Source of the DNA: an uncultured Candidatus Binatia bacterium
Lineage (GTDB): Bacteria; Desulfobacterota; Binatia; UBA9968; JAJDTQ01
NCBI GenBank assembly: GCA_965213675.1
Contig: OZ243916.1
Coordinates: forward strand, 3,744,001-3,808,000
Direction: 5' to 3'
DNA: 64,000 bases
The notes under the pieces were generated by a model. The model worked only from the letters and a program-made list of their open reading frames with translations. It was not told the DNA's origin and searched no databases. The position numbers and the translations under genes were made by a program. Position 1 is the stretch's first letter. Every line of letters begins with the position of its first letter. This document shows positions 19,749 to 31,845 of the stretch, piece after piece.

Positions 19749-20777
19749 CTATGGCCTTGATTCGGCGGCGGACATGCCGGCGTCCGCTGGCGCTGGCGCC
19801 AATTCAGCAGCGCGCGCCGCTTGTACGTCGCCTGCCGGCGCGTTCTCCGCCGGCGCATCGTCCACCGCCGGCGCATCTGCCGGTTCGGCGCCTGCCGGCA
19901 TGCCGCCCACCTGTGCGCTCGCGAGGTGCCGGAACAGCCGCGACTCTTCCGACAGGATCGCGGTGCTCTTCTCCGGCAGGAACTTCTCGTAGGCTTCGAG
20001 GCTGCGGACGAAGCCGTAGAATTCGGGGTCCTGTCCGTAGGAGGTCGCGTAGATGGCCGTGGCCTCGCCGTCGCCCTCGCCGCGCAGCGTCTGGCTCTCG
20101 CGGTAGGCTTCTGCCAGAAGAATGGTCTTTTCCTTGTTGGTCTGGGCGCGGATCTTCTTGGACTCCTCCTCGCCCTCGGATCGGTAGCGCTTGGCGATGC
20201 GCTCGCGCTCCGCGCGCATGCGCTCGAACACGCTCATCTGGACCTCCGAGGGGAGGTCCGCGCGTTTCACCCGGACATCCACTACGGTGACGCCGTACTC
20301 ACTCCTGGCCTTCTCGGCCGAACGCTTGGCTACCGCCTCCATGGCGGCTTCCCGCTGGTCCGCGATAATGTCGGCGAAGTTGCGCGATGCCAGTTCCTGG
20401 CGCAGTTCGGAGAACACGATGTCGTCGAGCAACAATCTCCCACGCTGCTCGGTCAGCGCGGTCTTGAAGAACTGGAAGGGGTCGCTGATGCGCCAGCGGG
20501 TCACGTGGTCCACGATGACGCGCTTCTTGTCCAGGGTCAGATAGTCCCGGGGCTGGGCGTCACTGGCGAGGATACGCCGCTCGTACATGGTGACGGCTTC
20601 CACCAGCGGTGTCTTCCAGTGGAGTCCGGGCTCCTGAACCGCGCGCTTGAACTTGCCGAACTGGGTGACGATGGCCTGCTGCCACTCGCCCGCGACGAAG
20701 AACGGGCGCACGGGCGGGAACAGCAGCACCACCACGATGGCCCCGACGAGGATGCCGGTGACGTACGAACGGTTCAT
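19749..20777 (-). CDS. hflC: FtsH protease modulator HflC
   Basis: SPFH domain; LTLDKK, RM-x-AERERIA-x-x-YRSEG, DPEFY-x-F-x-RSL; Ala/Pro-rich C-terminal tail. Confidence 0.93.
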   Translation of the reverse strand: MNRSYVTGILVGAIVVVLLFPPVRPFFVAGEWQQAIVTQFGKFKRAVQEPGLHWKTPLVEAVTMYERRILASDAQPRDYLTLDKKRVIVDHVTRWRISDPFQFFKTALTEQRGRLLLDDIVFSELRQELASRNFADIIADQREAAMEAVAKRSAEKARSEYGVTVVDVRVKRADLPSEVQMSVFERMRAERERIAKRYRSEGEEESKKIRAQTNKEKTILLAEAYRESQTLRGEGDGEATAIYATSYGQDPEFYGFVRSLEAYEKFLPEKSTAILSEESRLFRHLASAQVGGMPAGAEPADAPAVDDAPAENAPAGDVQAARAAELAPAPADAGMSAAESRP

Positions 20778-21811
20778 TGCTTGCCTCCCATTGCCGGAAA
20801 GCCCGCCATGCCCTTGAGCGGCAAGAGCGGCACGATGTTCTTGGCCCCCTGGGCGTCCACGATGATCTTGTCGACCTTGGGGAGCACGCGCTCGATGGAC
20901 TCGAGGTGCATGCGCTCGCGCGTTACCTCGGGAGCCTTGCGGTACTCGGTCAGCACCGAGGTGAAGCGCGCGCCGTCGCCGGTGGCCCTCAACGTCCGCT
21001 CCTGCTTGTAGGCTTCCGCCGCCTGGAGGATTTCCTGGACTTCGCCCCTGGCCTTGGGGATCAAGTCCTCGCGGTAGCCGCGCGCTTGGTTGATGAGCTT
21101 CTCACGGTCCTCGCGCGCCCGCACCACTTCGTCGAAGGCGTCCTTGACCTGGCTTGGGGCCTCGACGGTCTGGAGCTTGACCTCGGTGATCTGAACGCCC
21201 GACTGGTAGGTGTCCATCAGCTCCTGCAGGAAAGCCTGGGTCTCGTTCTGCACCCGGTCGCGGCCTACCGTCAGGACCTCCTCGATGGTGGTGTTGCCCA
21301 CCCGGCTGCGCAGCGCCACCTCGGTGGCCGCCTGCAACGTGTTCACCGGATCCCGGAGCTTGAACAGGAACTTCTCCGGTTCCTTGATCACGTACTGGAC
21401 CGTGAGTTGGGCGCTGACGATGTTCTCGTCACCGGTGAGCATCAACGACTCCGCAGGAATGAGGCGCACCAGGTTCGGTCGCACCGGGTTGCTGCGGAAG
21501 CCCACTTCAAGGCGGCGGATCTCCGCCACGTTGACCTTGCGCAGCTCCTCGATGGGCCACGGAATGTGGTAGTTCAGGCCGGCAGTGGCGATGCGCGTGA
21601 CCTTGCCGAAGCGCGTCACCACGCCTTCCTCACCGGGCTGGATGGTGTAGAAACCGCTGGCCAGCCAGATGAGGATGATGGCCCCGCCGATCAGGAGGGG
21701 TACCCCCGACTTCAGGAAACCGGGCAACTGCGGCAACCGGGAAAGCAGGTCCTCCCAGTCGGGGCCGCTCTGTCGCCGCCGGCCCCAGGGGCCCTCGGGT
21801 CCGCCTTGCAT
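20774..21811 (-). CDS. hflK: FtsH protease modulator HflK
   Basis: MLTGDENIV, AFDEV-x-RARED, IPKARGE, APEVTRERM; overlaps the hflC start. Confidence 0.94.
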   Translation of the reverse strand: MQGGPEGPWGRRRQSGPDWEDLLSRLPQLPGFLKSGVPLLIGGAIILIWLASGFYTIQPGEEGVVTRFGKVTRIATAGLNYHIPWPIEELRKVNVAEIRRLEVGFRSNPVRPNLVRLIPAESLMLTGDENIVSAQLTVQYVIKEPEKFLFKLRDPVNTLQAATEVALRSRVGNTTIEEVLTVGRDRVQNETQAFLQELMDTYQSGVQITEVKLQTVEAPSQVKDAFDEVVRAREDREKLINQARGYREDLIPKARGEVQEILQAAEAYKQERTLRATGDGARFTSVLTEYRKAPEVTRERMHLESIERVLPKVDKIIVDAQGAKNIVPLLPLKGMAGFPAMGGKQ

Positions 21812-21880
21812 GGATGACTCCTTTGTTCTCTTTGCTCTGATTCCCGCCGCAATGACGGAACATGGCCAAACTATAGGGGG

Positions 21881-21908
21881 ACTCTACCATTGCCCACCGG
21901 GGTGTCAA
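21881..21908 (-). promoter_or_regulatory. Putative sigma70 promoter of hflKC
   Basis: TTGACA-16 nt-TAGAGT with extended TG. Confidence 0.45.
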
Positions 21909-21938
21909 GGAAGGTTCCGGATGGAACTACCCGAATGG

Positions 21939-22928
21939 TCACGCCGCCTGACCTCGCGGCGGCGTCTCGCGTGTGCGAGCCAGTTTCACCGTGAGCCAAT
22001 ACCATTGATCCGGATAGCGGCGCACGAGGTTTTCCAGCACGCCCATGATCTGGCGGGTGTTGGCGCCCACGTCGGCGTTCAGGTCCCCGGTTCGCTCCAT
22101 TTTCAGCTCCGGTTCGATGACCAGTTGCAGCTTCCCGGAGTAGCTTCGCACCAAGTAGACGGGCAACACGGGCGCGCGCGTGCGCAGCGCGAGGCTCACG
22201 ACGCCGCGGGCCGTTCTTACCGGCTGGCCGAACAGGGTGGATTCCAGCTCGCCGCGCTTGAGGTTGTCCCCCAGCATCAGGACGGTGCCGTTCCGGCGGA
22301 GCACGCCCAGGATCCGCTTGACTGCCTCACGGCGGGGCAGGGAGGGGATGAGTTGCGTGAAGAACGAGCGGCTGTGGTACCGCACCAGGCGCATCAGCCG
22401 CTCGTCGTCCAGGAAGCGCAGCAGGCCATGGGTCGGATGACCGATCACTCCCATGGCGGCGGTGAGAAGCACGAAGTTGCCTAGATGGAAGCTCAACGCG
22501 ATGGCGCCGCGCCCCTTGGCCAAGGCTGCCTCCAGGTGTTCCCGGCCCTGAACGTCGAGGACGGCGGCCAGCCGCTTGGGATGGCCCATCTGCAAGAGGC
22601 AGTCGAGAACGTTTTCCGCGATGCGCAGTTGCACGCCCCGGGCCAGACCGCGCTTGGCCGCCGGGGTGTAGGCGTCGCCGAAGGCCGCGTCCATCACGGA
22701 CACGATGCGCTGGCGCGAGACCGCACACCTGGTCAAGCACCTGAGCACAGGGGCGAACAAACGCATGAACCAGTGTGGCGGCATCACCCGCATGACCTGG
22801 ACGAGCAAGCGCCACAGTCCCTCCCACACGCGGTAGAGCAGCCAACGGGCGGTCGAGACCTGGCTGCCGACCGGCTCCGCGACGGATGGGCGCGCAGGCT
22901 GGAGGTCAGTTTTGGCCGATTGTGGCAA
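21939..22928 (-). CDS. Lipid A lauroyl-type (LpxL family) lysophospholipid acyltransferase
   Basis: G-x-EHLEAALAKGRG...HLGNF; RRYPDQWYW; start uncertain. Confidence 0.85.
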   Translation of the reverse strand: MPQSAKTDLQPARPSVAEPVGSQVSTARWLLYRVWEGLWRLLVQVMRVMPPHWFMRLFAPVLRCLTRCAVSRQRIVSVMDAAFGDAYTPAAKRGLARGVQLRIAENVLDCLLQMGHPKRLAAVLDVQGREHLEAALAKGRGAIALSFHLGNFVLLTAAMGVIGHPTHGLLRFLDDERLMRLVRYHSRSFFTQLIPSLPRREAVKRILGVLRRNGTVLMLGDNLKRGELESTLFGQPVRTARGVVSLALRTRAPVLPVYLVRSYSGKLQLVIEPELKMERTGDLNADVGANTRQIMGVLENLVRRYPDQWYWLTVKLARTRETPPRGQAA

Positions 22929-22981
22929 GCCGTTCTCCGAAGGGCTGGAGGCGCGAGCCTGTGTTCAGCCAAGCGGCTCGG

Positions 22982-23512
22982 TCATGGAAAGAAGGCAAGC
23001 TTGACCAGCAGAGCCAGAACGGCTGGCCCGATGGTGAGCGTGGCGAGTTTTACGACAGCCAAGTCGTGTCTTACATCACTCTTGAACTCCGCGAAGCCAT
23101 CCTTCATCTCGAATTTGAACTCCGCGAAGCTCTCCTTCATCTCTGATTTGAACCCTGCCAGGTCCTCTTTCACTTCGGACTTGAACTCTGCGAAGCCATC
23201 CTTCATCTCTGATTTGAACCCCGCGAAGCTCTCCGTCATCTCGGATTTGAACTCTGCCAAGTCCTCCTTCGTCTCGGACCTGAACTCCGCGAAGTCGGCT
23301 CTCATCCCGGATCTGAACTCCGCGGATTCACGGTTCGCCGCAGTTCTGAAGTCGTCGAAATCCTGCCGGTTTTCGACGCGCATTTCGTTGTGGTCGTCCT
23401 TGGTCACCATTTGGCTGGCGACGGGCACGGCTACCGCGGCTGCCCTCGCTTTTTCCTCGGAAGCTCCGGCTTCGATCAGTGCGTCGTAGATTTCGGTGGC
23501 GATCAGGCTCAT
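22982..23512 (-). CDS. DUF1640/CCDC90-like head-stalk-anchor coiled-coil protein with 11-aa repeats
   Basis: YDALIEAGASEEKARA head, VTKDD neck, hendecad stalk, C-terminal TM helix; GGAGG SD. Confidence 0.75.
   Translation of the reverse strand: MSLIATEIYDALIEAGASEEKARAAAVAVPVASQMVTKDDHNEMRVENRQDFDDFRTAANRESAEFRSGMRADFAEFRSETKEDLAEFKSEMTESFAGFKSEMKDGFAEFKSEVKEDLAGFKSEMKESFAEFKFEMKDGFAEFKSDVRHDLAVVKLATLTIGPAVLALLVKLAFFP
23075..23370 (-). repeat. 33-bp coding tandem repeat (~9 units) with a 99-bp higher-order period
   Basis: KEDLAEFKSEM/TESFAGFKSEM/KDGFAEFKSEV then KEDLAGFKSEM/KESFAEFKFEM/KDGFAEFKSDV. Confidence 0.88.
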
Positions 23513-23755
23513 GGCGTCCTCCCCGGGCCGGTTTTCCCGGCGAGGGGCTGATTTGGATACAGCACCAGGAAATGCCGGGAATGTCAAACAAAATCGAACT
23601 GAACGATCTCGTAAGGACACATCGGCCTCGTTTCGGGATTCTTTAGGGCAGCCATCGATCAGAGCTGCCCTGAGCCGGTTCAACCCGGCGATGGAAACAA
23701 TGCCGCCGCAAGCGCGACGCGCCGGATCCGTTTTGAACCGCCCCGTTGCGCGCCG

Positions 23756-23785
23756 TTGACATGTCGCGCGGACGCATGGTAGCGT
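23756..23785 (+). promoter_or_regulatory. Putative sigma70 promoter of the tctC-like gene
   Basis: TTGACA-18 nt-TAGCGT with extended TG. Confidence 0.45.
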
Positions 23786-23856
23786 CGCGGACTTCCAGGT
23801 TCCCGTACGGTAGGAGCAAGCAGGCTCTCATGTCCACGATTTGCAGGAGGTACACT

Positions 23857-24834
23857 ATGATACGCCGGTACGGTTTGGTGGTTTTGGCAGCGACCTTGCT
23901 GGTTTTGGCGGCCGCACAAGGCTCTCTGGCGGCCGATGCTGACAAATATCCGAACAAGACCATCACTTGGCTGATCAATGCGTCGCCGGGCGGTGGGTTC
24001 GACCTCCACAGCCGGGCGGTGGCCAAGGTGATGAGGAAGAAGCTCGGGGTCAATATCATCATCCGGAACGTGCCGGGGGCGGGGGGAATCATCTCGTGGA
24101 ACCTGCTCGCCAAGGCCAAGCCGGACGGCTACACCATCGGCATTGTCAACCTGCCCGGCGCCATCGTCAGCCAGTTGTTCAAGGAGACGCAATACAAGCT
24201 CAAGGAGTTCAGTTGGATAGGACGTATTTCCGCGGGCCAGTACGTCTGGGCGGCGGGAAAACAGTACAATCTCCGAACACTCCAGGATTTTCAGAACGCC
24301 GAGGAAGTGCTGATCACCGAGTCGGGTTACGGCACCACCGGCTGGGTTACCGCCGCGCTGACGGCGTCGACCATGAAGTTCAAGCCCAAATTCATCATGG
24401 GCTACGGCGGGGCTCCGGCCTCGAACATGGCGATTGTCCGCGGCGAAGGGCATGCCCGTGGCCTGGGGCTGGACTCACCGGGTCAGATGGCCTACGTCAA
24501 CGACGGATCGCTCGTCCCTACTTGGGTCTATCTTGACGAGCGCGACCCACGGCACCCGGACGTTCCCACGGTGGGCGAGCTCGGATTTCCTCAACTGAGT
24601 GTGTTGGCGGCCAGCCGTGTGGTGGCCGCGCCTCCGAAGACGCCGAAGGATCGCATGGCGGTCCTTATCAAGGCGTTCCGTGATGCCATTGAGGACCCCG
24701 AGACTCAGGCCGCGTTCAAGGGCATGAAAGCCAAGACGCTGCCCGTCTACGGCGACGACTGGCTGTCCGTGATGCAGACCCAGTTCGAACTGATCCAGGC
24801 CAACGCCGAAGTCTTCAAGAAGGCGCTCAAGTAG
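23857..24834 (+). CDS. Tripartite tricarboxylate transporter substrate-binding protein (Bug/TctC), orphan
   Basis: YPNK-x-I...PGGG-x-D, NVPGAGG, AKPDGYT, PDVPT-x-x-ELG; AGGAGG SD. Confidence 0.92.
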   Translation: MIRRYGLVVLAATLLVLAAAQGSLAADADKYPNKTITWLINASPGGGFDLHSRAVAKVMRKKLGVNIIIRNVPGAGGIISWNLLAKAKPDGYTIGIVNLPGAIVSQLFKETQYKLKEFSWIGRISAGQYVWAAGKQYNLRTLQDFQNAEEVLITESGYGTTGWVTAALTASTMKFKPKFIMGYGGAPASNMAIVRGEGHARGLGLDSPGQMAYVNDGSLVPTWVYLDERDPRHPDVPTVGELGFPQLSVLAASRVVAAPPKTPKDRMAVLIKAFRDAIEDPETQAAFKGMKAKTLPVYGDDWLSVMQTQFELIQANAEVFKKALK

Positions 24835-24885
24835 CGCGCCGTACCGGCTTCGCCATGCCGCGCGGACGTCGGGGCGCTTGAAACG

Positions 24886-24921
24886 AAAGGGGCGAGCCTG
24901 TTGGTCAGGCTCGCCCCTTTT
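24886..24921 (+). terminator. Intrinsic terminator
   Basis: AAAGGGGCGAGCCTG-loop-CAGGCTCGCCCCTTTT. Confidence 0.85.
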
Positions 24922-24978
24922 CTGCCTTGGCGCAAATGCTGCTAAGATTCCCGGCTCAAGTTTCTCAAGGAGGAGTTC

Positions 24979-25413
24979 ATGAAGATCGAAGGCAGCTATC
25001 AATTCAACGCGCCGCGCGAGCGCATCTGGGAGATATTGCAGGATCCCAAGGTCATGGCTCAGTGCATGCCCGGCTGTGAGGGCATGGAGGAGACCGCCCC
25101 GGACGAGTACGAAGCCACGGTCAAGGTCGGCATCGCCGCGGTCAAGGGTACCTACAAGGCCAAGGTCGCCATCAAGGACCGGCAGGCTCCGAGCCATTAC
25201 GTGTTGAGCGGCTCGGGCTCCGGCGGCCCGGGTTTCATGCAGGGGGACTTGGTCATCGACCTGGAGGAAAACGGCGACGCGGCGACCACGCTCCGCTACA
25301 GCACCGACGCCAAGATCGGCGGCCTCATCGCCGGCGTGGGCCAGCGCATGCTCGGGGGCGTCGGCAAGATGATGGTGAACCAGTTCTTCAAGAAGATGGA
25401 GGGGTTTGTCTAG
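24979..25413 (+). CDS. coxG: CoxG / SRPBCC family protein
   Basis: L-x-DP...C-x-PGCE...IGG-x-IA-x-VGQR...QFF; no coxLMS in this window. Confidence 0.85.
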   Translation: MKIEGSYQFNAPRERIWEILQDPKVMAQCMPGCEGMEETAPDEYEATVKVGIAAVKGTYKAKVAIKDRQAPSHYVLSGSGSGGPGFMQGDLVIDLEENGDAATTLRYSTDAKIGGLIAGVGQRMLGGVGKMMVNQFFKKMEGFV

Positions 25414-25436
25414 GAGCCTGCGCCGCAGGCTCCTGG
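25410..25436. repeat. Minimal type B element: two caps head-to-head on the coxG stop codon
   Basis: CTAGGAGCCTGCGCCGCAGGCTCCTGG; another cap at 25471-25486. Confidence 0.75.
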
Positions 25437-25497
25437 GCTCTGGCCGGCGTTGCCGGGCGCCGGTGACGGTGAGCGCAAGCTCCTGGACGACAGGCGC

Positions 25498-26352
25498 GTG
25501 TCAGTCAGCGTAGTCATCCCCACCTGCAATCGCTGGCCGATGCTTCGGGATGCCGTAGACTCGGTGCTGGCGCAGACTACCAGCGATTACGAATTGATCG
25601 TCGTCGACGACGGCTCCACGGACGAGACCCCGCGCGCGCTGCGCGACTATGGCGCCCGGCTCACCGTGCTGACCCAGGATCGCGCGGGCGTGGCCGCGGC
25701 GCGGAACCTGGGAGCCTCCCGTGCTTCCGGCGCGCGCCTGGCGTTTCTGGACTCCGACGATCTCTGGCATCCGCGCAAGCTGCAAACGCAAGGCGACTTC
25801 ATGGACCGCAACCCGGAGGTCGCAATCTGCCAGACCGACGAGATCTGGATCCGCCGCGGCAAGCGCGTGAACCCCAGAGAGCGGCACCGCAAGCCGTCAG
25901 GGGATATCTTCCGCGCCAGCCTCGAACTCTGCCTGGTGAGCCCGTCGGCGGTGATGATGCGTCGGGATCTCTTCGAGCGGGCAAGAGGCTTCGATGCGTC
26001 CTTTCCCGTGTGCGAGGACTACGACCTGTGGCTGCGCATCTCCCGGGACACGGAGGTGCCACTCATTCCCGAGGCGCTGGTCACCAAACGGGGTGGGCAC
26101 GCGGACCAGCTATCCCGCTCCACCTGGGGGTTTGACCGCTATCGGGTCCAGGCCATCGCCAACCTCATCGAGGCCGGTCTCGACCCGGAGAAGGCCGGAT
26201 GGGCCTTGGAGGCCATGGCCAAAAAGGTTACGATTCTGGCTCGAGGGTTCCGCAAGCGCGGCAACGAAGCCATGGCGCGAGAGTACGAGGAGCGGCTGCG
26301 CCGGGCCGCCCGCTTTGGAGTCCCGAACGCGTATCGGGCGTTTCAGGGGTAG
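25498..26352 (+). CDS. Glycosyltransferase family 2
   Basis: VSVVIPT-x-NR, VVDDGSTD, AARN-x-G, FLDSDD, CEDYDLWLR. Confidence 0.92.
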   Translation: MSVSVVIPTCNRWPMLRDAVDSVLAQTTSDYELIVVDDGSTDETPRALRDYGARLTVLTQDRAGVAAARNLGASRASGARLAFLDSDDLWHPRKLQTQGDFMDRNPEVAICQTDEIWIRRGKRVNPRERHRKPSGDIFRASLELCLVSPSAVMMRRDLFERARGFDASFPVCEDYDLWLRISRDTEVPLIPEALVTKRGGHADQLSRSTWGFDRYRVQAIANLIEAGLDPEKAGWALEAMAKKVTILARGFRKRGNEAMAREYEERLRRAARFGVPNAYRAFQG

Positions 26353-26468
26353 GGACGGGAAGTGACGGCGGGGCCGGGGGAATGACGGAAGAGGCGTGAC
26401 AGGAGAGGCGCCGGAGTGACGGAGGGCGGCGAAGGGCATTCTGGGTACGTCGTTGCTCGGAACCACCC

Positions 26469-27029
26469 GTGGATGAGATGGGACGGTACGAAGAAATCAC
26501 GGCCTACGGCCGGGAGCGCGGCATTCACGCCCAAGCCGTGGAGCGATGGCTGGCGCTCGGCGGGGAGGATCAGCGGGCGCTCCTGGAGCTCGCCCGCGGC
26601 CTTCGTCTCGGCGGCAACCACTTCAACGACTTCCTGGACTGGTGTGTGGAGATTTCGCTGCGGGACGTGTGCTCCGTCGCATCCGTCATCCACGGCAAGG
26701 AGTTGGCACCGACCCTGGCGGACAGCCGCATGAGCCGCAACGACAGGCTCAAGCACGCCAAGGAGGCCCTGCGGCGGCTCCGTTATCCGCGTTTGACCCG
26801 GGTCGAGGACGAGGTTCGCGGCCGGCTTCGGAGCCTGAAGCTAGATCCGCGCATCCGCATCACGGTGGCGCCGGGACTCGAAGGCGGACTCAAGGTGGAG
26901 TTGCAGGCTGGCGGCGTGGAAGCATTGGCCCGGCTGGCCCGGGAGGTGGAATCCCTGGCGGACGACGAAACCGCCCGGGAGGTGTTCGCGCTCATGGAGG
27001 GGAACGAGGGTGCAGGCGTATCGGCCTGA
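26469..27029 (+). CDS. Helical hypothetical protein resembling the C-terminal half of deltaproteobacterial ParB-like proteins
   Basis: Normal codon usage; LRRLRYPRL...LEGG pattern; overlaps the next gene; similarity recalled, not searched. Confidence 0.6.
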   Translation: MDEMGRYEEITAYGRERGIHAQAVERWLALGGEDQRALLELARGLRLGGNHFNDFLDWCVEISLRDVCSVASVIHGKELAPTLADSRMSRNDRLKHAKEALRRLRYPRLTRVEDEVRGRLRSLKLDPRIRITVAPGLEGGLKVELQAGGVEALARLAREVESLADDETAREVFALMEGNEGAGVSA

Positions 27030-28137
27030 AAGGGTCCTCGTGGAGAGCGGCTCCGAGGAATCGGTCATCTTCGACAACCTCCGGAGGGCGCTGCCGGACG
27101 TGCCGTTCATCACGGTCCCGGATCCGCAACGCCACTGGGCGAATCTCGATGGCGGCGACGATCCCATCACCCGGGGCAAGCGCGACCTGCTGCTGGCGCG
27201 CCACAAGGGGAAGTTCCTCAAGGTATGCCCGGGTAGCGACGGTCAAGTCTGCTGCAACTACTTCATCATCAATTTCGCCAGCAACTGCCCCATGGACTGC
27301 AGCTACTGCTACCTGCAGGACTATCTCGCCGAGAACCCCGCCCTCAAGGTGTTCAGCAACGTCGACGACCTCGTGGCGGAAACACGGGACCTGCTGGCGA
27401 AGCACCGGGACTACTTCTTCCGCATCGGCACTGGCGAGATCACCGACAGCCTGGCGCTGGAGCCCCTCATCGGTTTCGCCGAGACCACGGTGCCGTTCTT
27501 CGCCGAGCAGCCCAACGTGCTGCTGGAGCTAAAGACCAAGAGCGACCACGTGGACGGCCTCCTGGGCCTCGACCCCAAGGAGCGGGTGGTGGTGTCGTGG
27601 TCCATGAACCCCCAAGCCGTCATCGACGCGGACGAGGGGCTCACCGCCTCGCTGGAAGAGCGTCTGGACGCCGCTTGGCGCTGCCAGCAGGCCGGCTACA
27701 AGCTGGGCTTCCATTTCGACCCCATGGTGGAGTACCCCGGCTGGGAGGAAGACTACCGCGACCTGCTGCACCAGATCTTCGTCCGCCTGGACCACCGGCG
27801 CATGGCCTGGACCAGCATGGGCGTCTTGCGCACCACCCCGTCACTGAAGCGCGTCATGCGCCAGCGCTTCCCCGCCACCCGCATCCTCTCCGGCGAGCAG
27901 GTCCCGTGCCCCGACGGCAAGATGCGCTACTTCCAGCCCCTCCGCGTCGCCATGTACCGCAAGATGCGCCAATGGATCCGCGAGGCCGCCCCGCTGGTGC
28001 CCATCTACCTCTGCATGGAGACGCGCGAGGTCTGGGACCAGGTCTTCGGCCACTTCCCGAGCTGCGGCAAGGAGTTGGGCAACGAACTGGTGGGCGCCGA
28101 ATCACGCGTCCGGAAGCCTGCGCCGCAAGTACCGTGA
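27010..28137 (+). CDS. Spore photoproduct lyase-like (SplB family) radical SAM protein
   Basis: CPMDCSYCYLQ radical SAM motif; LELKTKS, SWSMNP, GFHFDP, YLCME. Confidence 0.85.
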   Translation: MQAYRPERVLVESGSEESVIFDNLRRALPDVPFITVPDPQRHWANLDGGDDPITRGKRDLLLARHKGKFLKVCPGSDGQVCCNYFIINFASNCPMDCSYCYLQDYLAENPALKVFSNVDDLVAETRDLLAKHRDYFFRIGTGEITDSLALEPLIGFAETTVPFFAEQPNVLLELKTKSDHVDGLLGLDPKERVVVSWSMNPQAVIDADEGLTASLEERLDAAWRCQQAGYKLGFHFDPMVEYPGWEEDYRDLLHQIFVRLDHRRMAWTSMGVLRTTPSLKRVMRQRFPATRILSGEQVPCPDGKMRYFQPLRVAMYRKMRQWIREAAPLVPIYLCMETREVWDQVFGHFPSCGKELGNELVGAESRVRKPAPQVP

Positions 28138-28196
28138 CCGGCCTGTAACCGTGACCGACCGCGACGGCGACCAATCGGTCGCCCTTACCCGGACGC

Positions 28197-28255
28197 GTAG
28201 CCTGCCGGGTTTTTCGAATCGTAGCGAAAGGCAGTCAAGGGAAACAGGCAGAGGA
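28197..28255. repeat. Degenerate family C MITE remnant
   Basis: AGCCTGCCGGGTTTTTCGAATCGTAGCGAAAGGCAG matches the end of the element at 13642-13814 (reverse strand). Confidence 0.5.
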
Positions 28256-28330
28256 CAGTTCCGGTATCAAGCTGGACATTCCACGTCCATTCGAGTCGCC
28301 TCACTTTTCGAGTCACGCCACTTCCTAAAA

Positions 28331-28359
28331 TTGCAACTCGCCCCCGGAATCGCTATCCT
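28331..28359 (+). promoter_or_regulatory. Putative promoter giving a leaderless secA mRNA
   Basis: TTGCAA-17-TATCCT-6 nt-ATG; no strong SD. Confidence 0.55.
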
Positions 28360-28365
28360 GAAGGC

Positions 28366-31841
<3,476 letters not shown>

Positions 31842-31845
<4 letters not shown>

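Noticed and set aside
23075-23370. 33-bp periodic repeat as a possible CRISPR array
   Set aside because: Units are contiguous with no unique spacers, stay in frame within a CDS, and no cas genes are present.
24979-25413. CO dehydrogenase locus
   Set aside because: Only coxG is present. It also accompanies other molybdenum hydroxylases.
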